A model generated the notes under the pieces. It had not been told where the DNA came from. It made no database searches and saw only the letters and a list, made by a program, of their open reading frames with translations. DNA of 64,000 nucleotides from Anthoceros angustus (Eukaryota > Plantae > Anthocerotophyta). Shown one piece after another: positions 37,601 to 50,306 of this stretch (positions are counted from its first letter, which is position 1; every line of letters starts with the position of its first letter). The position numbers and the translations under genes were made by a program. The stretch lies in contig MU008173.1 of assembly GCA_010909165.1 (NCBI GenBank), positions 868,001 to 932,000 on the forward strand, written 5' to 3'.

Positions 37601-40600
37601 ACAATTACATGCGAACATCCAGGCCCAGAGCTGGCAGACTCTAGCCTGTTAAGGGCTGCCAGGAACACCCAAGAAATGGAGTACCTTCCTGTGAAGACAT
37701 GTTCACGAACACCCAGAACTGATGGCTTCCGTAGACCGTGCTGCACATCAAACTCCTGCAGAAGATTGCGCATTTTGAACGCCTCTTCGAAGTAATTATC
37801 CTGCAACATGACCACAAAACCATGTCAGACATGACCACAATGGGTTGCAGGTAGTGGCGCTCAATAGAATGGGAGCTACCCGGAAGACAAAACACCTGAT
37901 TCATGTCAATGGTTTGGATGGCATCTCCCCGAGTGAAAATAATCGCATGATTCTGATTTTCAGGCTTCCCCTCTCCGAGTTTAGGCAGTCCTGGGAGCTT
38001 GATAGAGTAGATCTCCTGAGAAGAGGGCATGACGGATGAGTAATATATGAAGAACATGTCTAATCAAACAAAGGAGGAGAAAAAAAATACTCACCTGGTC
38101 TTTCCCAGTAGCATCAGCTTTGACTAGTTTAGAGAAATACTCCCTGTGGATTTTTCCATCTGAAAGTTTCTCTACTACATCAATGTAGGCCACCCTCAGT
38201 CCTTCATGCCTGCCCAACAAAAGCAGGAGGAACAGGGTAAGGTGCACCCCTGACCAACAGCATACGTAGTAGGTAGCAACAGTAGAAGAATCAGAAAAAA
38301 CTTGATCACATGTCACAGCCAGCCTTACACTTGAAGAAGATAAGCAATGTCTGCAGCTTGTGGATGCCGTTTCTGCTTTTGCTCCCCGTATATTTGGCAG
38401 CTCACCACGTAGGTGAATTTCATGTCAGCTATGGCTTGCCCCAAAAATGCAGGTGTCATCAGAGACCCAGAAACTGGCCTGGCGGCTTGTGCTTCCACAT
38501 CTATAGCAATCAGTATACAAGTCACAATCAGTGACATGGGACAGTACACAACAAGAATCGGAAGCAAACAGAATAAAACCTAAAACGAAGCAGCCCCGAC
38601 CTGGTGCTCCTGAACTTTCAAGAAGGGTCTGGAGAATCAGTGCATTGCGATAATACATCATGCCACGCACTGGAACCCAAACACCAGCATCAGTCTCATG
38701 TACAACGGTCAGTGCAAGATAGCTGCTTGCAGTCAAAGGCACAGATACGTTGGGACATGCACAAGACAATATAGTGTTTAACACCTACCAGTTCTGGCAA
38801 GCGTTTGACCCCTGTAGGAAGCCCACAGACGAAGCTGAAGAAGCTCTGGCGTGTCACTCTGATCTTTTTTATCTTTCAGCTTCTCCAAATGCCACTCCAA
38901 CTCCCTCTCCAGCTGATTCTGTGTGCGAGATACCCTCTCAAGATAGTTCTTCCACTCATCTGCAAACCAACAATTTGTTGTTTTCGCAGATACAGAATAA
39001 GACTTGTTGCAGGCTTTCAGTTCCTACACGACACAAATGCACAGCATCAAGTACATCACCACAACATTTACCTGGAAAGATTTTCTGAAGGTAGAACAGC
39101 ACAGTGATTCCGTCTTCATTTGGTTTGTTCAAGGCAGTGTATCCATAGATGACTTCTTCGGCATAGTAGGGTGTAAAAACACTGTGTACTCAGCAATCAG
39201 AGAAAATGCACAAAAAATACGGATAACACAGCCACACATCCCTTCAAAAACTTACACTGCAACCCACCTGAATGAGAACATCTGACGAACAGATGGCGTT
39301 GAAGGCATATCCATGAACAAGGAGTTTGAGAAAAACTCAAGTCTGCGGCGAGCTTCTAAGTTCTTGGGTATGTTGGATGCTGAGTCCTTCGCAGTGAGCA
39401 GTAAATTAAGTCTTCGAACCTCCTCATACTGCCATAGACAACAGCTAAGATTGTCAAAGTCCTGACTTCAACCCAACAACAGTGCACTAACACTTCTCCT
39501 CACAGAGCCACCTCTTCTGCAGTTGAAGGCCAGTTCAGCCTTGTAAAGATCTGCTCTCTATTTCGGCCTGTATCCAACTTATCTCTGTAACAACAACAAA
39601 CGTCGTCAGATCATCCAATACACAACATTGACACTTTGATTCAGCTGTGAGGCAACAAACTTCTCCAAGAGTGACTCTCCCACCTGAGCTCCAGTGACAG
39701 CACGTCATTCATCACCACCTCATAAATATCCAGGAGGGCCGTCGTAGCGTTTACAACCCGCTCAGGAGTCTCCTCCTTTTCCTGAACAGACAAACATTCA
39801 CAAGGCGGATCATTAAAACTACCATGTCACTGTGAAATGTGAGACACAACCAGTAAAAGAAAGCTAAGTTTCCATACCAATATCCCAGTAAGAGCCACAA
39901 TTTTTGCGACAAGACCACCAGGACCACTGAGTTTCTTCAGAACAAGTAAGTTAACCAATGCGTTCTCAGGAATAGCCTCCACAATGCTCGCAAAAATCAA
40001 GTTGACCCTGCAGACATTTAACAAACTTGAGACTTGCAATGCAGCATTGGATGAAACAAAGCCAAATGTGAATGTAGTATCTGGCAAACGATGCTAAGAT
40101 CAGGAGTCCACAAAAATCACCATTCAGCAGCCTCATCATTGACCAGTCTTTCCAACATTCTTTGCAAAATGAAGTAGGCTTCCGAGACAGCCGTCCCCAT
40201 GTAGGTATCTTTCCAGACTTTCTCAGTGAGTTCCCACTGAGCAGTTTTATGCTCTGCAGCCAAATCAACAGCAAGGAGCACCTGAAGCAACGCCAAACGT
40301 GCGTTACTCCCATAACAGTACACATGAGTAACCGAGGAACTCATTCAGGCCCATTGCTGCATGCTCCCACCTTATTAGCCAGCAGAAAGAGGGGCCATTG
40401 TACAACTCGCAAGCTCCCAGTATTTGAAGGCATCAACAGCCAATCTCGTTCTCTGCCCACACAACAATTGACACTCATAATTTGCTTAAAAGAAATCAAT
40501 TTCCTGGAGGGCACACGTTTCAGCCAATGAAACTAGAGAGGAGCAAGCTAATCACCTATTGCTGATGTAGTCTTCCTCCCGCAGATTCCTGATTATCTCA

Positions 40601-43600
40601 TTCCAAAGAGGAGCAAACTTCGCCGCTTGCACCTTCTTTGTCTGCTCAGCTTCTGTCTGTTCGGAAGCAACACGGATGAAAATGTCATACCAGCATAATT
40701 GATTCAAATATCAACTCCAGAGTGTAGTTGGGTTTGCCATGCATAACCAAGAAGCAAGCAAATAACAGCAGGCAGACTTTACAACACAAGGGATTTTCCC
40801 GTACCTGTGGGTTACCACCGGCAGCAGCTATCACTGCTCTGTTCCTGCACCACACAGGTCCAGCTTTTGAATGAGATTCAGTACTGGAAATAGCCCACAC
40901 ACTAAACACAACATATCACATGGAGATTTATGCAAGATTGTTGCTCAGAACAGCTCACATAGACATCTGGACTTCAGTGGGGAGTAATGTCGAAACAAAC
41001 TCCTCTGGGAAAGACTGAAACCTTTTGCGCAACATGCTCAAAGAGCGGATCTGGAACAGATAGGTCAATGACTGTTTCAATCACATACAGCATGAAATAA
41101 AATGCAGATCCAAAACCCGTCATTGTATCAACCTCTCCGAGACGAAGCACAGCTCCATGAATTCCCCCCCAGAGAGCAGAGAAAACCGTGTACCAGACTT
41201 GAGTGTCCACGAAGTAAATCTGCAGCAACCAACTCCATCAGTTGCTGGCCCGCATTAATATCCTTGAGCTACGTTTCTGCTATAATCCATATAACACAGT
41301 TCCTTATAGGCAGCTTGATTACTTTACCATTATAACTGGAGCCCAAAGCGAAACTAATGTCAAAGCATTGTGGTTACCTGTCCACACACAGATGTTAGTG
41401 CACTGCTCACACCGAGAACAACCAGCGAACACAAGATTAGGAATCACAACATAACCACATACTTGCAGAGAAAAAATCATGCCAGTTGTATACAATGGAT
41501 CTCTTGTGGATAATGAGCAATGTTGGGGAGACCATAGGCTTTATCTGCCCCAGCACAAACGCAAGAGAATGAGCATGAAGTGCTTTAGGGAAAGTTGAAC
41601 TCACTACCGCAAAGACCAGACTCACTTGAAAATAGTAGCTAAAAAAAAACTTTGCGACCAATATTAACCCCCAAAACATTGAGTACCTGATGCAGCACAC
41701 CACAAGTGAGGCCTAACAAATCCTACTTGACAAACGATTGGGTACAGGAATGTGCCAAACAAGAGAGAACATACAACAAAAAGTCTTGTGTCCTTTCATA
41801 GAGGCCTCGTCCAATGTAATATCTCTCCTGCAAATCCAGAACATATAGGCCTTCCCGCTTAGATAGTAGACAGAACAGAACAGGCGTAAAGGAATCCCAA
41901 CAAGTGTCACAGAGAGCAATGTATTTCACAGCCCACCTGATGTACCCAACTTATGAAGCGAATAATACTCCAACTGCCATAGTTATCTGCTAGCATTCGC
42001 AGCGCAGAAATACGGGAGATGGTAAAAACAAAGAGCTGAAATGCAGTATACACTCCCAGAACAAGAAGGTAGATGTTGAAAAGTGCTGAGCCTTGGTTCA
42101 AATTTGGTTCCATCATTACTTTCCTGTGACAGCAGAGCTTACAAACATAAGCACCAACCCTTGGAACATAATGGTGCTACAGATGGGTGTAGTGCAGATA
42201 CAAAGCAACAGGTTTAGCACATATGGCACGAGGAACATCCACACCTCAGGATCAGCAAGGATAAAGAGTCAGGGCCTCACACATAGAGGTAGACCACAAA
42301 AGCTGAAGCTGCCGAATTCCACACAAACCGAACAAGGATTCTTGCAACGTTTTGCCCACGAGTGCTGGTATACGCTCCACACATCAAGCCCACATCACAG
42401 ACAGCTACAATCCAAGAAACAGAAGAAACAGAGACGACAAATTGAAGATCAGTAGCTGTCTGATACATGGTCTTACAGCACTATCACACCTTGGCAGAGG
42501 GCCTTGTTAGATGTCTCTGAAATGGACAACACCAAGAACAAGAAGGAAAGTCCAGCATGCTTACACTGAAAGAACTTCAGGACAAAAAAAGACGGCCCAC
42601 AGCTCAGATGAATCTTTAAGCGATGTAACCATTGCAGCTCACTAGTGAAAGCAAAGATTGCCAATCCCTGCAACACATGATATTGCAACATGAATGGCAG
42701 AAAAATTTTGGGATACCACCAGCACAACATGTTCAACGCTAGCAGCACATGGTACCTGAAGAAGTATAAGGAAAAATATCCATAGTCGGTGAAAACTATG
42801 GTAGATGTGAAATCCTGTCCGATATTCAACAAAAAGGGTTTTGCCCATTCTCTTCTTCTTTTGTCGTCCACCATCACCATCCTGGCTTCCCAGGAACGTA
42901 TGTCAATGATATGCCCAATTCATACTAGATTTCACTGTAAAACAATTTCCGGTATATTTTGAAAGGGCCAAGATCCATACTGCCACTTGGGTTGCACTGC
43001 CTGGCTTGATGAAAAATGACGACTCCAGGTTCCATGGCCATCCAAGTGTAAAACAGTGGTCCGACCTATCAAAGCATAATTCAAGACAATGTCAGAAAAT
43101 TTACTCTACCAGCACAACCTCAGGAAAGATCTGAAAGCAAGGACCAGTAGCTTCAAAAACATGCCAGAAGTACTCATTGAGATCATCGTAGGTTCGCCAT
43201 TTTGAGTGAGAGTAGCTCTTGCTGCTCTCACTGTACTTTGCTTCCTATCACAACAACGGCACCCAGCAGTTACTAAATAGACAGGGAAACAAAATTGTCC
43301 AAACTGAGGCATTTACAGAGTTAAGAAGTGCAATTACTAACCGCAGCAATCACATCATAGATTGGCTTTATGACCCTCTCAAGGAAATCATCGTCTTTAT
43401 CAGTAACACCTCTTCCGCGATCAGCCACATGCTTGTTCAGCTGTGTCAGCACCTCGGTAGACATCTGTGAAAGTTCAGTGCATCGTTAGAACTGGCAACA
43501 TCAGACACTCCTAAATGTCTCCTGCTGCTGTTCAATGGAAAAAGCATCTCATCTCAGACTTCACCAAATCCAGCCAGAAGTCCAAACAGCACACCTAGCA

Positions 43601-46125
43601 ACTCTGTACGGATCCCCCACTTACATGATGAAATATGTAACAGATACACTCTGGTAGAAACCGAACATTGGAGGCTTCACCCCAAATTAGCAAATACAGC
43701 GAGGTTAAAAGCAGCTGCACTGGCGCAGAATTGTTCCTGTAATTCACAGGGATGGAACCTGTCAGGAGCAGAGTAATCCGCCAGCAGCTGCTAAGGTCAA
43801 CAATTTGACAAGGAGCCCATTGAAAGTTGAACGAGTGGAAGGAGGTCTTAATCCACAATGAACTACAAGGCACCGAGGGACAAATCACAGAAAACACGAC
43901 TTGGATCACCAACTCTACATACCTTTTGCAGACCGACTCCTTCCTCAAATAGGAGCACCACTTCATGTAGTTTTCAAGAACTTTGTCATGCAAGTTTGTG
44001 ATAGCTTTGTTATCAAGCCGAAGGGTGAGCAAATCTACCTGGAATGACAAACACACATACAGAGGGAAGCTCATGGAATTGTAGATTGCAGCCTGCTGAC
44101 ATATCGGAATGAGCTGTTCACAGTAAGAGAAGCTTCACCCTGTCGTTTGGTATCCCAAGGCGAGCTTGAGCATTAGCTAGCAGCAGCAACACATGCTCCC
44201 GCTGGTTGTTCACATTATCTTTCTGCCATGAAGGACAAAGCCGGTTCAGGACAAAACGATTTTCCAAAAGTACGCATGGCATATGATAGATGAAAAGACT
44301 TTGACAGACACAATGCAAGAATATAAGTGATGGCAGAAGGAAAGTCATAGAGACAGTGCAGGAGCACCTGAAAGCCGAAAACATACTGCAGGAGGTCGAA
44401 CATGTCCAAAGACCTCTGCTTGGGGGGAAGAAATGTGTCAGGAAGCAGAGGAATTTCAGTGTCTTTCTGAAGTTTTATCGCAAAGTGAGCTCCTTTGATC
44501 TGTCACAGAACTCAAATCATTATTCAGGAACCCAAGGTCATATGGGGACAAAGCAATGAGTAAGAGCCACAGAAAACAGTTACAGAACAGGTCACCTCTG
44601 GTAACAGAATAACAGGATCCGCAGCACCAGTGGTCTCTAGCGGAATGATGTTATATGGCTTGAACTCAGATATTTTTGCTGCATCCCTCTCTAGATCTCG
44701 TTTAAGCTGAATTCATTGTGCAGAGACCCCTTGCTGTGAGCCATCAGGCAAACAAACTCTTGCAACATTGAGCATTTTAGGGATGACAGCAAAGTCGCAC
44801 CTGCCGGTCACCGAATAGTCTCTCAACTTCTTCAGGAGGGGCTTCCAATATCAGAGCATCCAAAACATCATTCAGAACCTTTGAAGTCTCATACGCTTTC
44901 CGTATGCTTGCTGCTCGTTTTTTGTCTTCCCTGCATGGTTCAGAACTCACAATCATGACCAGCTTCTCTGTGTCTGGCATTTCAGGAATGACATAACCAT
45001 GACAAGCTAGAGAAAAAAAAAACGCACAGAAGAAATCAGTAGTCCAGCTGCTATACAAGTTGCCAGAGGCACTTTCATTTGCGGGAGGAAAATTTAGAGC
45101 AGTAAAGCAGTTTGGCAGGAGAGACTTACGCTTTGATCACCATATCTCCCTGTACACCATGCTGACGCCATTGCTCCTCTTGCTCCTCGAGTTCGTCAAT
45201 CTTATGCTTTTTGCGATAGAACTTATAGAAATCAAAGATGAGTGCCACATCATTACTTCGGTCAATACTTTTCCCGTCTTTCTTGGAGTGTTTTTGCTGG
45301 ATGGATTGCACAAGTCAACATTGGTTAGATACACATAGAACTTCCCTACGTATGCCCTGAAGTGGCTCACAATGCACTGCATTGCCAGAGCACTGCACTC
45401 ATGAAGCGCCTCACCCCAAACAGAACAAGCTGGACGGCAGGTACCTGTATGATAGACAGAAGACCGGTCTTGAACTGCAGCACTCCCCGTCCCTGACTCT
45501 TAGGATCCAACTTCTGTGACAGTCTGTACGCATGCTCACAAACTGCCAACACACCACAAAATTAGCCAGAATCAACCTGCAGAGTACTCAGTCGTCAACT
45601 GGCCCTTGTATAATAGTGTGAGACAAGTTCCAGTTGGAAAAGAGTGACTTGCGGCTTCGGACATCTCTCGTGACTATCCACAGCAGCCTACAGCGCTGAG
45701 GTTCTTTGTGCGCACAGTACCACAGAGAGAGGACACACAGCATTCTTTGCTCCTACACTCATATGCCGTGGGAGGAACAACAGTGCCCCGCCAGAGGCAC
45801 CGGAACCTAAGAAACGTGGCGGACACGAGATATCCTGTCCCCTGCCCCGGGAAATCAGCTCAATTTCGCAGCGAAGGCAGCGGGTGATGGACTTACGAAT
45901 ACGAGCGACTTGCGGACTATCGTCCTTAATCTCATTAGAGGCTGCTAGCACTGCATCAATGCTGGCGTCGCCAAGCGCAGACGGTAAGGCTGGCGTAGAG
46001 TCATAAGAAGAGGGAGCCAATATCCGGCCCCAGCCGCTACGAGCATCGCTAGCGTTCAAAGCCTTGCGCACCAGTCTCTCCCAGTTCTGCCTCGCCCTGA
46101 CCTGCCGCGTAGGATCGAACGCCAT
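34665..46125 (-). CDS. Callose synthase (1,3-beta-glucan synthase), GSL8/GSL10 (CalS10/CalS9) clade, many short exons
   Basis: N-terminus RARQNWERLVRKAL...DPKSQGRGVLQFKTGL. Motifs QKDNVNNQREH, LYLLIWGEASNVRFLPECICYIFHH, WRTYDDLNEYFW, PKNLEARRRLEFFSNSLFM, GEGKPENQNHAIIFTRG, NQDNYFEEAFKMRNLL, HYGHPD, GKGRDVGLNQI. C-terminus FNQAFSRGLEISLILAGNRPNQL*. Confidence 0.95.
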
Positions 46126-47499
46126 TGCGTACGGCTGTGCTCAAAACATGCTCGAGGACGGACACTTCCGCTACATTAGATGCGCAATTGCGCTGGATAA
46201 GAGCTGGCTGCCACTCCAGAAGGAAACTTCCAAGTTAGGCGTGAAATGATGATCCCCGCAGCAGGCACACCCTAGCAGAGCTACCAAGGCCGTGCAGCTG
46301 GCCTGGAGCTCAATGAATTGCAGCCCGAGCTGGCCCGCCGCTTCCCCGAGCGAGCTATACGCAGTCGCAGTCGGCCAGAGAAGTCACAATGCAGTGTCGA
46401 CCTCGCGCACCTGTACAGCGCAGCGCGTTCGATCGGCGTACGCGCACACTGGCGACGACGGCCCTTGCAAGGCCAGCCAGCATCAGTCGGAGACGGCCAT
46501 TGCAGCTGCGGCAGCTCGGGCAGGCTCTCGGGGCCCGCGGCCCCAGTCCCTCGGCAGCAGCCGGTGCGGAGCGCTGCTGGCAGCGGGAGGGGGAGGCGGC
46601 GAGCGGGGCGGGACGCAGCAGTCGGTGGTGCGTCGGGCGGAAGAGGAGGGAAAAGGGAGCAGACGCAAGCTCGCTCGAGAGAGGCGGTTTTGTCGGGGCG
46701 GGAATCGGCATTCGCGCAGAGGCAGAGGCAGCGGCAGCGGCAGCGGCAGAGGCAGAGGCAGAGGCAGAGACAGCGGCAGCGGCGAAACCCAGTTGAATCG
46801 AAAAAACATGTGAGCCGGATATTTCCCCGCTGGCAATTCCGTGTCATCTGGCAGGTCCGGCACTGTTGCGTTTGAATGGGCTGCGAGCAGTCAGGAGACG
46901 TTCAAATGGCGATTGTCCGATAATTAATGATGGAGGGTGTCAGTTTCGCCACGAAGGCGAGACAGGAACCCGCCGCGGCCCCGCCCGTTCACCCGACAGA
47001 ACTGTAGCAGGAATTTGTACTGTATCCCAACTGGAAGGGCAATTTGAAAGGAAATTTGATGTGAGACAAGCGGGAGACGCTTCCCGGGATTCTCGTCCTG
47101 ACACTAGTGACTGTGTGCATTAATGAACGTCGAAACCCGTGCATCCTGTTCGAATATGATTGCGCGTTCCTGCACCATGCCATGCATGTTTCCTATTCGT
47201 AGATGAAGTCATGGATGCCTCCTATTCCTATTCGCGGATCCGACTCAAGCTCAGGTGGTGCTTCATGTTGGGATGGCGGCAAGGACCTCCTATTTCAAGA
47301 AGCGACAGGGGTTCCTACACTTTTTATGCAGACTCTCGTGGATCGGGATTCGGATAAGGCATGGAAGGATAGGATGCATATGCATTATATGTATTATATT
47401 ATTTTAAATTGAAAAATAATATTTAAACATAAACTACGTTTATAAATACCAAAAAGGAGAAAACAAGATGGAAAAAAAACATCCACCCCGATAAAAAAG

Positions 47500-49355
47500 G
47501 AAGAAAAACGCATGGAAGGTATAAGCCCACGGGGCCTAACCCTTGTGATCGCTCATTCTGAACATACTACCGCTGCAAGAATTTCGTGGACCATAATATC
47601 AAAAGGTCTACCTACCACTGGTATCGATGAAGCCGCATCCCCAGCGCTTGTCGCTGTCCTGTACCACGTTCGCCAACGCCCTCCGCAGGGTGATGGACAC
47701 CCGTTATCAAAAGAAAGCCACAATACAAGAAGGGGGAGACCAACCCCATTCTTGCGTAAGTGGTAAGCTTTAGTACAGTCCTTCATGAACCTGGAGAAAC
47801 CCTTGCGCATGGCCTAGTGAGTCTCGATGGCCAGGGGGATGAAGATGTGACCACCCTGCAAGGGAGAATACTTGTGGATCTTAGCCGTTGCGCATCACTC
47901 AGCCACCCAACCCAGAGGGTTGAGGATAACCTGGTCCTCTCGGGTCAAAAACAAATTAGCCCGGAGAGAAATCCTATCGAGGAGGGTATAAAGGCACTCT
48001 CTGTATGGAAAGAAGTCGCTCTCCTTCGTCACTGAGAACATGACGTCCCGGATGTCGTCGTGAGTAGCAACACGTTGTCCATCAGCGGGGCAACGGGCAA
48101 GGTGAGTCCCATAGGCGTCAAGGCGGGCCTTACTGCTGCATGTTGGGAGAGAGCAGGCCAAAGCTTGGACCAACCCCGGATGGAAGCACGACGTGGTGGA
48201 AAACGTTGTGGGTGCGATGTGGAACACCAAGATGGAGGGTTGTGCCAAGAGCTAAGATCCCGTGAGCAAGAGCGGAGACAAGACTGAGAGGACCGAGGAA
48301 TAGAGGAATCCTGGATAAGGACGTGATGCACGTGCCCATAGTGCTTCTCCAGGAGGGAGGCCTGAAGGCTACAAAGCCCAACCTCAGGGAGCAAGGAAAA
48401 AAGAGGCATGGAGGCCATAGCCTTGGAGGATAGAGATCCGCTAGCAAGCGGTAAGGAAACTTGCAAAGGAAAGACACCCTCTTCAACGCTCGAGACAAAG
48501 GCCTCCAAGATGTGAGTGTCACAGATCAAGAAACAGGATGCTAAGAAGGAGACAGAGAGGGCCCAGCTTCGTAGGAAGGACGCCGGCGCGGAGGCCTCCA
48601 TGGCCAGCAGATCGGTGCCGCCAAAAGCACCAGGAAGGGACGCATGTCGCCTCGCCAGATCCCTAGCGCCACATTCAAAGGAGCCTAGGTCTACGATATC
48701 GCCCAATGCCTGCATGATCCGTTTGTCGGAGCTCTGCAAGTTGCACAGTAACATCGAGGTTGGGGGTAGCGTTCAAAGAAGGTACCATGGCCTGCGAGCG
48801 AAACAGAAAGAGAGGATGCTGAAGGCCACCTGCAAGTCCCCCAATTGAGTGAGGTTGTCAATATGTGCAAGGTCCTTCCTCAGAGCCCCATCGAAGTATT
48901 CTTGTATGAAGGTGGGAGGATCAATGGGATGCCAAGAACACGAGGACCCACCGGAGAAGTGATGTCCCCTTGCGGATATTGCGGAGGGAGTGTAATGCCC
49001 GAGAGGGACCAAATCTTACACTTAAGGATCTTGACCTTCAGCCCAAGGCGAGAGAGCTTAGAGAAGAATTCAAAAGCCTCCCTAACCTTTTCTCCAGGCT
49101 CGAGGATGTGAATATCGTTTGCCATAGCCAAGGGCACCCTCCAAATAGTCACCTTGCCTAGTGCCCGTCACCGAATCCAGGACAGAAACCCCCTCCATCG
49201 GAGACCCATGTTGAAAATTGAGGGCGGAGGGTGCCCCATTGAATGAATGGACAAAGAGGATAAGGCTTGCCAGTTGCCGCCCTGCGTCCTTGAGCTCATC
49301 AAAGAAGGCTGCCCTGGAGACTACATTGAAGGCATTCTCGACATCGACTTGCAAA
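47500..49355 (-). mobile_element. 5'-truncated, decayed non-LTR retrotransposon with RT and restriction-like endonuclease (CRE-clade-like)
   Basis: RT remnants: QVDVENAFNVVSR, TGTRQGD, AMANDIHI (YxDD degenerate), LGLKVKILKCKIW, RVLGIP, ASLPGAFGG. Zinc-knuckle LDAYGTHLARC..GQRVATHDDIRD. RLE tail HKYSPL..IFIPLAIET. Multiple frameshifts and stops. Confidence 0.8.
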
Positions 49356-49377
49356 GCAAACCAAGAACCACCTCCAC

Positions 49378-49475
49378 CCCAAAAGCAACTGACTCGTAGT
49401 CTCCATAATAGCCCAAAAGCAACCGACTCTTAGCCGTAGTCTCCATAATAGCCCAAAAGCAACCGACTCTTAGCC
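49378..49475. repeat. ~39 bp tandem repeat (about 2.5 copies) at the 5' break of the retroelement, followed by a TA-rich microsatellite (~49508-49565)
   Basis: cccaaaagcaaccgactcttagccgtagtctccataatag is repeated. Confidence 0.85.
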
Positions 49476-50306
49476 CCCATAACAGTTGAGTAGCAATGCC
49501 AGGTTTATAAATATATGTAAATATATGTATATGTATATGTATATATATATACATATATATGTATAATCATCCATGAGGTGCGAACCAGCGACGCAATGGG
49601 GACACCAGCGGGGTGAAAACACAAACATAGGCCGCCATGTACCACGGTAGCATGGGCTTAATCTCCATACCACACAAATTGACGTAGCACCCCTCCCAGA
49701 GCATGTGGAAGCCAATCACCTAACCATCCCATGTGCCCGCTTCTCCCATGCGGCATGGCAGAGCGAGACCGGTGTTCCCATCTGCCACCGAGAGTGCAAC
49801 GCAACCCTAGCGGATGTACTGGCTAGGCCTCCACCGCTAACAAAAATGGAAGTGTTGGACTCAAGTTGCGTTCACGGCTGGTGGGCGGACTTGTCTGTAA
49901 GGGACAACAAGAACATGGTGGTTAAAGTGCACTAGTGCTTGTGCTGTTGCCTAGTGCATAAAAGCAAGAGTGGACGATACTGGTAATGGTAGCGCAATAT
50001 TGGCTTCCACGTTACCCTCTGGCAGACCCGATTTTAAACCATGCAATATGCTTCTTACAGCACGCACTACTGTACAAAATGAATCATGCTAGGAGCCTGA
50101 AGCAACAAATCAAGTGGCCAGAAAAGTATCTACTGTTTTTTGTGCTCTGCAGCAGAATACAGAGACAGAATGCTATGAATTTGTCCTTCCCATCCGGTAT
50201 TGGATGGCCAACAACCTGCTCGTGGATGCTCAGTGACCAAAAATTCCATGAGCCCTCACGCTTGTAAATAATATTAGCTCAGAATATTGTGCCACCCAGT
50301 TCCAAA

